A stretch of DNA of 64,000 bases from an uncultured archaeon (GTDB lineage: Archaea; Thermoproteota; EX4484-205; JAAOZP01). This document shows, in pieces, positions 16,994 to 25,263 of this stretch; position 1 is the first letter of the stretch; each line of letters begins with the position of its first letter. Made by a program: the position numbers and the translations under genes. Location of the stretch: contig CALIBN010000002.1 in NCBI GenBank assembly GCA_938045545.1, forward strand, positions 8,120 through 72,119, written 5' to 3'. The notes beneath the pieces were generated by a model, which made no database searches, was not told where the DNA came from, and was given only the letters and a program-made list of their open reading frames with translations.

Positions 16994-19900
16994 TCTTCTA
17001 CCTCCAGCTCTACGAATCTGCGGGGAGAAGTCAAGTACACGAAGTAGCCGAAGCCTTGCTCTATTGGAAAATCGTCTCCCGGACTGCTGACTCCAGGCGA
17101 ATAGCCCTTAAACTTCTGTATTGTAGTATCCCATTTCGCTATTAACGTTACTTCAGGCCCTATGGTTTTCCCGAGGTCTTCGGCCGAATACCCTGAAGAT
17201 TGTTTAAAGACCAAGGCGATAAGATTGTACCTCTTAACCAGATTCCTGACATGGAAGCGTACAGTAAGCCAGCCGCTTGTGCTCTCAGTATCATTGGCCC
17301 TAACATAAATCGTGTGAAATCCGTCAGAATACGAGGAGGCGTTGAAGCTTATCCTGATGAACTCTATGTTCGAATCCCAAGACCCATCCATAGGGGAGGG
17401 CATTATAGTCAGAGAATTGGTATCGTCGACTGCATACCCTGCTCCAGTAATGTTGTTGGGCGATGCTATTTTAACGGTTAGATTGACGACCCCCGCTTGA
17501 ACTGTGCTGTCCGCCACTCTCAACGTTAAGCTAGTAACTATTACAGTGAAGTTGGCTGTCACAGTTCCTGGACCGTTTATAGTTGCATAAGTGTTCGGCA
17601 AATAAGGGTCAGCTATAGTTATCTTCGATGTGTTTGAAAACCAATTTTTGAAGACGTAGTCAGGGTCAGGGATGGCGGATATTTGTATTGTTGAGCCCTC
17701 GTTATACCAGTCCGAGCCGGAGGGCGATGCGGTTCCGCAGCCCAGTGGCTTAACCGTGAAGGTGACGTTATACTGTCTCTTGAAGAAGGCTTTTACAGTA
17801 GTGTTGTAACCGGGAACAGTGTAATTGTGGCTTTGGGCTCCTCCGTCGCTCCAGCCATACCAGACATACCTCGTCCCATTCTCTAGGTCCATGGGTGAGA
17901 CTGCTTCCAGCAGGTGGGTTGAGCCCTCCTCCCATGTGAAGACTACAGGTGTCGTGACAAGTTGTCCATCAACCTTCACGAGGCCTGAGCCCCGTGGGTC
18001 CGAGTCGACAGTAATCTTAGATAAAGCGTTGAACAGTGAGAGACTAGGGTCACCGTAGAGGTTGAAGCAGAACAGGTTCATCCACCAAACACTGCTATCA
18101 TGAGGCAGCATCCCCTTAGCCTCGTAGAGAGCTACGCCTGCACTAAGCTTATCCTTTAACAGTTTCTCAACGTAGCGGTACCCTATTTCAACATTATCCG
18201 CAAGCATACGGGGCCACCAGTAGCCAACTATATACCAGCTTACCCTCGAGGCTGAAACAGTTGCTACCGCACCATTCTTAAGCAGAGCATAGCCAAGGTT
18301 ATTTTCATCCTCCGGATAACCATTGTTGCAGGAGCATTGGAATGTGAATGAGGGTGCGGAGCCGTTCAATCCAGGGGCATCAGAAGAGCCGAAGAATAAT
18401 TGCCAACTCATCTCGCCGGACTCCGGCACCCCGTCACCATCGTCAAAACTCCAATACTTTCTGAAGGCCCCCTGGCTGCTCCCATGGCCGAACCAGAAAA
18501 TCACCCCATAACCCTTCTTCCACTCGTTGACCAAGTTAGCCTTCGTCAATGGTGCTGAGTAATACGGCGCGGTCTCAGGCACCGGGTCTCGTCCAGCTCT
18601 CTCATAAAGAACATAGTGCAACCAGCCTTCAGGCAGAATGTTTTCAACCGCGTATTTAGGCAAGTCTAACCCATCTGTTCTTTGCCAGCCCTGGTTATCT
18701 TCATTCGCATAGTTGCCTATAGCTACCGGAAGCAAAATCCTGTTTCTCCATCCTGTTCCTGAGAACACGTAGCTCATCGTCTTTCGGAGAACCTCATCTA
18801 GCGTAGCGTAATCATCATTGTAAACAGGTATTCTTCCCACATATACCTCCGCCGTGAAGTCTACGCCGGTATCTTGACCATATTCTCCATAATAATCGTC
18901 CCCGTCAGTATTCCAGTTTCCAGTAAGGTCAGCATAGAAATAGTCCGTGGGCGCAGTGTCATAACCCTGAACCCTCGGCCAGCACATCATCATTGGAACA
19001 TCACCGTAAGAGTCAGATGGATTACTCGGGTCATCTGGATCAGGATTGCCTATTAGAAGAACATACTTGACCCCCAGGGTTAGATAATTGTTCTTTAACC
19101 AGTTTCTTATGTTTATTGCTCTCTGCTGCCCAGTTTCCGGCCCGTAATCATCCTCTGTGATCACCCTCACCTTGAAGCCTCTAGTGTTCTGAAGATGGTT
19201 AACGTAATTGGTTAGCTCCCTGCTTCCTGTTTTTATAGCCTTCGTAGTGACTATAACATAATCATACTGGTAGTCCAATGCCTGAAAAGACGGCAAATAC
19301 CATTCTTTAGCGCTATTCCAGTTTACAAATTGTTTCTCAACGATTTTTTCAACTATCGTGTTCTTAACGGTGGCTGCTCGTCTACCTGTAAGCTGATAAG
19401 TGATCTTGAAAGATATATTCTCATGTATCTTAAGCCTCCCTTTTAACGGGTTATACTGAATGGGATTATATCGGATTCTTGCAAACACATATATTCCTCT
19501 ATTAGAAACTTGGGAAACCTCTACAGCATTATCCGGATAATATTCTCCTCTCCCGTATACGAGAAGATTCTTACCATTCTGTATCTCCTTGCCGGTACCC
19601 CAATCCACTGTTTCACCGCATGCCAAAGGTGGCGCCGGCACTACTTCTGCAGTCACATTCATCTCATAGCTTTCATCCTGTAAAACACGTATACCTATGG
19701 TGGTTGTATTCACATCGGGTGGAAGCAACACGTCTAAAAACTTAGTCGGAAGCTTAGGATTGCCAGGTTCACCCAAATAATTAAAACCATCAAGCTCAAC
19801 AAATAGGTAGTTTCCGAAGTATGATATACTTGGGCTGCCACAGCCAACATTTAATTCTATTTCACCATATCGCGTTCCAGAAACCATTATAGTAGGCATC

Positions 19901-20106
19901 CATCTTACTGAGGAAATAGCTGAGAAACAGAATGCGATCAGAATTAGAATGGCGAGTAATAAATTACTTCCTACACGCCTACTTACCAATTCTCTTCCTT
20001 TTAATATGGCTGGCAGATGGATATAAAATTTTTTAATTAAAATCTTGAAAAGACAATCTTCATTGCAGATCGACGTTGGGAAAATGTTTATAATTAGAGA
20101 AATCAA
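16990..20106 (-). CDS. peptidase family C25 (gingipain-like) cysteine protease with signal anchor, propeptide-like region, InlB B-repeat-like domain and C-terminal beta domain
   Basis: YDYVIVTTKAIKTGSRELTNYVNHL…FKVRVITEDDYG, catalytic dyad context FWFGHGSS and FQCSCNNG, C-terminal GCGTASPSGSDWYNEGSTIQISAIPDPDYVFKNWF repeat; ATGA overlap with downstream surface protein gene; true start uncertain (first 35 aa AT-rich/low complexity). Confidence 0.75.
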   Translation of the reverse strand: MISLIINIFPTSICNEDCLFKILIKKFYIHLPAILKGRELVSRRVGSNLLLAILILIAFCFSAISSVRWMPTIMVSGTRYGEIELNVGCGSPSISYFGNYLFVELDGFNYLGEPGNPKLPTKFLDVLLPPDVNTTTIGIRVLQDESYEMNVTAEVVPAPPLACGETVDWGTGKEIQNGKNLLVYGRGEYYPDNAVEVSQVSNRGIYVFARIRYNPIQYNPLKGRLKIHENISFKITYQLTGRRAATVKNTIVEKIVEKQFVNWNSAKEWYLPSFQALDYQYDYVIVTTKAIKTGSRELTNYVNHLQNTRGFKVRVITEDDYGPETGQQRAINIRNWLKNNYLTLGVKYVLLIGNPDPDDPSNPSDSYGDVPMMMCWPRVQGYDTAPTDYFYADLTGNWNTDGDDYYGEYGQDTGVDFTAEVYVGRIPVYNDDYATLDEVLRKTMSYVFSGTGWRNRILLPVAIGNYANEDNQGWQRTDGLDLPKYAVENILPEGWLHYVLYERAGRDPVPETAPYYSAPLTKANLVNEWKKGYGVIFWFGHGSSQGAFRKYWSFDDGDGVPESGEMSWQLFFGSSDAPGLNGSAPSFTFQCSCNNGYPEDENNLGYALLKNGAVATVSASRVSWYIVGYWWPRMLADNVEIGYRYVEKLLKDKLSAGVALYEAKGMLPHDSSVWWMNLFCFNLYGDPSLSLFNALSKITVDSDPRGSGLVKVDGQLVTTPVVFTWEEGSTHLLEAVSPMDLENGTRYVWYGWSDGGAQSHNYTVPGYNTTVKAFFKRQYNVTFTVKPLGCGTASPSGSDWYNEGSTIQISAIPDPDYVFKNWFSNTSKITIADPYLPNTYATINGPGTVTANFTVIVTSLTLRVADSTVQAGVVNLTVKIASPNNITGAGYAVDDTNSLTIMPSPMDGSWDSNIEFIRISFNASSYSDGFHTIYVRANDTESTSGWLTVRFHVRNLVKRYNLIALVFKQSSGYSAEDLGKTIGPEVTLIAKWDTTIQKFKGYSPGVSSPGDDFPIEQGFGYFVYLTSPRRFVELEVEE

Positions 20107-20167
20107 GACAGAATATGAACGCCAATTATTACATCCGCATCTGATCAGCCATTTGGTTGTCTATGGA

Positions 20168-20728
20168 TCAACCTTTCGGGATGGAGTCGGCAATCAGTCT
20201 GGATCGCTCAGGTGTTATTTTTTTCTCCTTAAAGAAGCCCGCCGGAGCTTCAATGGCATACTTGAAGTACTCATACGCACCATATAGCTTAGTCGGGCTT
20301 GGATCCATGCGCAGGATCCCAACTATGGCTCCGTCCGCCTTGATGAAAGCTATGTCTAGGCTTGCCTCAACGTTGCGCATATGGAATAAACCACTAACTT
20401 CATCGGGGAATATGAACAATATAAGAGTCTTCTCAATGATGCTCCTACTGATGTTCTGGAAGCCTGCTGCACGCTCATCAGGCTCATCCGCAACCTTAAC
20501 CTCAAGCTCGAGAACTTGGCCCTCGTCGTTAACAATCTGGATCCTTGCACTACTCATCTTTTGAAACTCCTCGGTGACCCTTGAACCACCATTGTTGAAG
20601 TATGCCCAAAAACAGAGTAAAACTGCAGCGGAAACCAGCAGGATTTTAACAATCTTTCCCCGTCCTCCCAAGCTCTCCACTATATTTATTAAGGCTGCTG
20701 AAAAAGCTTTAGCAGCATTTTTATACAA
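20168..20728 (-). CDS. DUF192 (COG1430) domain protein with N-terminal membrane anchor
   Basis: …LELEVKVADEPDERAAGFQNISRS…LFIFPDE…FHMRNVEASLDIAFIKADGAIVGI matches DUF192 core pattern. Confidence 0.55.
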   Translation of the reverse strand: MYKNAAKAFSAALINIVESLGGRGKIVKILLVSAAVLLCFWAYFNNGGSRVTEEFQKMSSARIQIVNDEGQVLELEVKVADEPDERAAGFQNISRSIIEKTLILFIFPDEVSGLFHMRNVEASLDIAFIKADGAIVGILRMDPSPTKLYGAYEYFKYAIEAPAGFFKEKKITPERSRLIADSIPKG

Positions 20729-20790
20729 GATGATTGAAAAACTAAATCTCTCTCCGAAACTTAGAGTTAAGTAAAAACTAGTTCCCCTAT

Positions 20791-22035
20791 TTATCCCGTA
20801 GGATTGCTAATCTTCCCCATGAAGAGAATGGCTCCCGTTTCCTTCTCCTGAATCATGAAGATGAACGGGTGGTCTGCTCTAAAGACTTTAGTCTCCGGCA
20901 TGGCAGTTAGCTTCATGGCCACGGCGGTTGCGGCGGCCGCTTCAGTCCCCTTCTCATCAACCTTAACGTAAGCCTGGTGAATAACTTGGCTGATAAACAA
21001 GTCTCTTCCGCCAGTCATTCCCGAGAAATCCCCTTCCCCAGTGAACGCGGTGGGCATTCCCAAGCTGCTTAAAGTCCCCCGCATAAAGTATTTGGTTTCA
21101 ATCTCGAATTTCGGCAGGCAGATCTCATCCAGCTTCTCCTTCTTCATTTGAGCCCTATACTCTTCAAGCTTCTCCGCTGTTAGGGACAACTCTGTCGCCT
21201 CAATTTTTTCCGGTAGTATTATCAGCATAGAGAAATTACCCCCTTTGTACGGCAGCTCTAGAATTTGCAAATCCCTCGTATCAACGAAGTTGAACCTTAT
21301 TGTTTCATTTGGATGCATATGCATCATCTGGACCTTCATGCTTCTATTCGGAGTTATCCAGAAATCCTCTTCCACGATGAGGGATTCGTTGAACGCTATC
21401 TTCCAGTCGCCTTTGAAGTAGATAGCGTTGGTTAAGACGAGCCGCGTAAGCTTGTCGAGAACCCCGGGCGGGATCAAGTCTTTAATCTTATGATTTGTCT
21501 GCTCCTCTATGAAGACGTTGATTGCTTCCCGCGACTTTTCAGCTTCATGAATAAAGTCTAAAGCTTCAGCCTTCCCACCGTAGTATTTTTCAACCGTCTC
21601 CAAATATTCTTCAAGAAACGGATAGTCCTTCTGAACCCAGAGCGCGTTTCCAGTCCTCAACTCGTATTCTCTAACAACCTTATTAATACGGTTATAGATC
21701 GCGGTGAAGTTCGGCCTTAACACACTGTTTTCCGGGAAGTTGAAAACCGTTTTCATTTCCTCCGCGGTTTTCCCCCTAGCACCCTCATATGTCATTGCAA
21801 GAGCAGAGAAGATGCTGTAAGGAGAGAAGAAAATATTGCCGCTCCCAGTTTTAACAAGTTCCGAGTAAAGCTTTAATGCGAATCGGTTATTGGCCTTTAC
21901 AACCTCCTGAACTCCCTGCGGTATTGAACCAGCATCGTTCGCCTGTGGTAGTTGAATCGGCAATAAGGGTATGGGAGGAAAATGGCTATAAGAGGTACTA
22001 TAGTAGCCAGTAAGAGAATCGTCGCAACTATCCAT
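20791..22035 (-). CDS. serpin (serine/cysteine protease inhibitor, inhibitory type)
   Basis: NAIYFKGDWK, hinge GTEAAAATAVAM, C-terminal FRADHPFIFMI are hallmark serpin blocks; Ala-rich hinge predicts loop insertion competence. Confidence 0.9.
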   Translation of the reverse strand: MDSCDDSLTGYYSTSYSHFPPIPLLPIQLPQANDAGSIPQGVQEVVKANNRFALKLYSELVKTGSGNIFFSPYSIFSALAMTYEGARGKTAEEMKTVFNFPENSVLRPNFTAIYNRINKVVREYELRTGNALWVQKDYPFLEEYLETVEKYYGGKAEALDFIHEAEKSREAINVFIEEQTNHKIKDLIPPGVLDKLTRLVLTNAIYFKGDWKIAFNESLIVEEDFWITPNRSMKVQMMHMHPNETIRFNFVDTRDLQILELPYKGGNFSMLIILPEKIEATELSLTAEKLEEYRAQMKKEKLDEICLPKFEIETKYFMRGTLSSLGMPTAFTGEGDFSGMTGGRDLFISQVIHQAYVKVDEKGTEAAAATAVAMKLTAMPETKVFRADHPFIFMIQEKETGAILFMGKISNPTG

Positions 22036-22228
22036 AATCTCTTTTTACCCATTGCCGTGAAGAGATTCTAAGACATTTAGTTAAACGTTGTGTTGTTCGA
22101 CTTTTTAGAAAAAAGGATTCGGGAAAAGAGCATGCTGTACATTTTTTCGAACAGCGTGCTTGGAGCGGGATGAATGATTTTATGAATGGAAAACAATGGA
22201 ATTAGAAAGAATCAGAAAAATAACCCGG

Positions 22229-23398
22229 TTAGAATGAAATTTCTATTCTTCTACCTGTTTCAGCCGACTTCAATATGGCGTCCATGATCACATTGTTTCT
22301 ATAACCGTCCTCGAAAGTAGCGCCCAAAGGGGCAATATCCTCATCCTTAACCACGGCCTTAATGAAGTGGTATATTTCATTTATGAAAGTATGTTCCCAT
22401 CCTATGATGTGGCCGGATGGCCAGTATCTCTCTATGTAGGGCTGAGTCTTCTCAGTCACGAGAATAGTGTTCCAGCCGCCTATCGCCTTATCCTCCCATT
22501 CCCTCAAATATAGTTTCAGCTCGTTCAGCCGCTCAAGGTTGAACTCTATTGAACCCTTCTCACCGTTAATTTCAAAGTTATTATAATTTTTCCTGCCGGT
22601 TGCGAACCTCGAGGCCTCCAAGGTACCTATTGCTCCGTTATCAAGCTCTATAACTGCCTCGAAAGCATCGTCAACCGTTACTTTACCCTTCCTACTCGGA
22701 TCCTCAGGCAGAGGCCTCTCCTCAATGAACGTTTTAACCATGCCCATTACTGACTTAAACTCCCCAACGATAAACCTTCCAAGGTCTATTATGTGGCTAC
22801 CGAGATCGCCTAAAGGACCACTTCCAGCCTCCTCCTTCCTAAGCCTCCAAGCTAATGGGAAGTTTGGGTCAACAATCCAGTCCTGAAGGTACCTAGCCCT
22901 GAAATGGTATATCCTGCCGAGCATTCCTGATTTAACTATTTGCCTGGCAAGCTGAACCGCCGGGACGAACCTGTAGTTGAACGCAACCATGGTTTTAACG
23001 CTGGCCCTCTTAGCAGCATCCCTGAGAATCCTCGCCTCCTCACCATTCCTTGCCAGAGGCTTCTCGCATAACACGTGCTTACCTTTTTCAATAGCTTCAA
23101 TCGTGGGATCCACGTGCATGTTGTTTGGGAGACAGTTGTCAACCACCTCTACTTCAGGGTCTTCAACAGCCTTCCTCCAATCAGTAACATACTTTCTAAA
23201 CCCGTAGTTTACCGCAGCATTCCTGACTTTTTCCTCAGTCCTGCCATATATTACCACCAGATCGGGTACGGCGGGTGGAGGATAGAAGAAGTGGGACATG
23301 CTTTTGAAACCATGAGAATGCGCCTTACCCATAAACGCATAACCAAGTAATGCAACACCTATTTTGCGCGGGGCGCTCATTTCCCATCGTTTTATCAT
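22229..23398 (-). CDS. Gfo/Idh/MocA family oxidoreductase
   Basis: IGVALLGYAFMGKAHSHGF Rossmann start, …EKP… and C-terminal alpha/beta domain. Confidence 0.8.
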   Translation of the reverse strand: MIKRWEMSAPRKIGVALLGYAFMGKAHSHGFKSMSHFFYPPPAVPDLVVIYGRTEEKVRNAAVNYGFRKYVTDWRKAVEDPEVEVVDNCLPNNMHVDPTIEAIEKGKHVLCEKPLARNGEEARILRDAAKRASVKTMVAFNYRFVPAVQLARQIVKSGMLGRIYHFRARYLQDWIVDPNFPLAWRLRKEEAGSGPLGDLGSHIIDLGRFIVGEFKSVMGMVKTFIEERPLPEDPSRKGKVTVDDAFEAVIELDNGAIGTLEASRFATGRKNYNNFEINGEKGSIEFNLERLNELKLYLREWEDKAIGGWNTILVTEKTQPYIERYWPSGHIIGWEHTFINEIYHFIKAVVKDEDIAPLGATFEDGYRNNVIMDAILKSAETGRRIEISF

Positions 23399-23550
23399 CC
23401 AGAGTTCTCTAATTTAAGCATTATGGAATCCATTAAATTGGGGTAATGCATACTTGTGCATGCCAAATTTGATAAAAATATCTTAGCGAGCACAAGCCGT
23501 TAAAAGCCTGACAAATTCTTATTAAGAGCAGCATAGATTAAAAATACAGC

Positions 23551-23883
23551 ATGACGGAAATGCGGATACCGGTTAAGATCAAGTACGCCGAGGACTTTGC
23601 AAGAGTATATGCAACGGGCGCGATTGGAGGCTTCAACGGGTTTGATTTTAGAATCGCCTTCTTCAATGATGTTGTGAATCACCCGGAAGAGCCAACCCAA
23701 CCCCCCACCGTAAGTAGGGAGATTAAGGTTGAAGTAATACTTACGCCAGTTGCATTGAAGCAGCTTACTAAATGGCTGAACCAACACTTAGCCGAGCTCG
23801 AGAAGATGATTGGAGAGATTAAAGACCAGTATCCACCGCAACCGAGCCAGCGCAGAGAGCCTCATTCAGGCTACTACGTTTAA
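23551..23883 (+). CDS. DUF3467-like small protein
   Basis: 110 aa, YATGAIGGFNGFDFRIAFFND pattern. Confidence 0.4.
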   Translation: MTEMRIPVKIKYAEDFARVYATGAIGGFNGFDFRIAFFNDVVNHPEEPTQPPTVSREIKVEVILTPVALKQLTKWLNQHLAELEKMIGEIKDQYPPQPSQRREPHSGYYV

Positions 23884-23896
23884 CGAGAAATTATGA

Positions 23897-25240
23897 ATGG
23901 GCATGGGCGTTAAGGCTGTTAAACATGAGGGTACTAGAGTTGGTGTTTTAGGCGGCGGGCTCTCCGGAATTGCTTATGCTTACTTTTCCTCTCGAATGGG
24001 TTTCAACGTTGCCGTGCTGGAAAAAAACAGTGTTCCCGGGGGTTTGATGAGGAGCATTGTTGAAGAAGGGTTTACCTTCGACATTGGCGGTTCACATATA
24101 ATTTTCTCGAAGGACACCGATGTTCTAAGCTTCATGCTTAGCCTTTTAAGGGGCAACAGGATTGAGAATAGGAGAAATACCGCGATCCTCTATAAGGGTA
24201 GGCTTGTGAAATACCCTTTTGAAAACGGTTTGTCCGACCTGCCACTTCTCGAAAACCTTTCATGCCTCCTTCATTTTCTCTATGCCAGAATACGGAGAAA
24301 ACGCGAACCGGGGAATCTCAGAGAGTTCTTTTACAATTCTCTCGGAAGCGCTATCTCCGAGAAGTACTTGATCCCGTATAATGAGAAAATCTGGAAGATG
24401 AGCATAGAAGACATGTCTCTCGGTTTTATAGGTAGGATTCCTAATCCTAAGGTGATGGATGTTGTCAAGGCTTCTCTTGGAATTGGTTCAGAGGGATATG
24501 TCCACCAGCTTTTCTTCCACTACCCGAGGAAGGGGGGAATTCAGGCGCTCATAGAATCTTTGAAGAGTAGCGTGCAGGATCATGTGGTAACGGGCTTCGA
24601 GGCAAAGCATGCTGAAAACGAATCTGGAGAATGGGTTGTTTCAAACGGGCATGTAGAGAAAATTTTCGACAGAATCGTCTCTACAATTCCTTTACACGAT
24701 GCCGTTAGAGTATTCAACGCTCCTCGAGACGTGAAGAGTAATGTCGAGAGGTTAAGGTTTAACTCTCTTGTGACGGTTGCAATAGGGTTGGAAGAGCTTA
24801 ATGTTAAGGGTTTAAGTTGGCTGTATATTCCCGATAGGAATATTCATCCACACAGGATTAGCTTCCCCTCTAACTTTAGCCCAGAAAACGCTCCGGAGGG
24901 GAAGTCGTCTATCCTCGCAGAGATAACCGTCAAGCCTGATGACCGTCTCCTTAGGACGAGTTGCGACGAGGTTGCAAACATGGTGATTGAGGAGCTTGAT
25001 AAGCTTAAGATTATTTCTAAGAACAAGGTTGTCTACAGGAATGTTTTTCAAAACAAGTATGCATACCCCATTCTGGATTCGAATTACCAAGAATGCATGG
25101 AGAGAATAAGAGGCTTCTTCAACGAGATAGGTGTGGAACTAATCGGAAGGTTCGCGGAGTTCAAGTATATTAACATGGATGACGCTATTAGAAATGTTGC
25201 AAACCATCTCGGCATACATAAGGTAAGCGAATATGCTTAA
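23897..25240 (+). CDS. FAD-dependent oxidoreductase (amine oxidase / UDP-galactopyranose mutase-like fold)
   Basis: VGVLGGGLSGIAYAY dinucleotide-binding motif and overall PPOX/UGM-like layout. Confidence 0.6.
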   Translation: MGMGVKAVKHEGTRVGVLGGGLSGIAYAYFSSRMGFNVAVLEKNSVPGGLMRSIVEEGFTFDIGGSHIIFSKDTDVLSFMLSLLRGNRIENRRNTAILYKGRLVKYPFENGLSDLPLLENLSCLLHFLYARIRRKREPGNLREFFYNSLGSAISEKYLIPYNEKIWKMSIEDMSLGFIGRIPNPKVMDVVKASLGIGSEGYVHQLFFHYPRKGGIQALIESLKSSVQDHVVTGFEAKHAENESGEWVVSNGHVEKIFDRIVSTIPLHDAVRVFNAPRDVKSNVERLRFNSLVTVAIGLEELNVKGLSWLYIPDRNIHPHRISFPSNFSPENAPEGKSSILAEITVKPDDRLLRTSCDEVANMVIEELDKLKIISKNKVVYRNVFQNKYAYPILDSNYQECMERIRGFFNEIGVELIGRFAEFKYINMDDAIRNVANHLGIHKVSEYA

Positions 25241-25263
25241 GGCAAGCTGTTTACCGCTGACGC

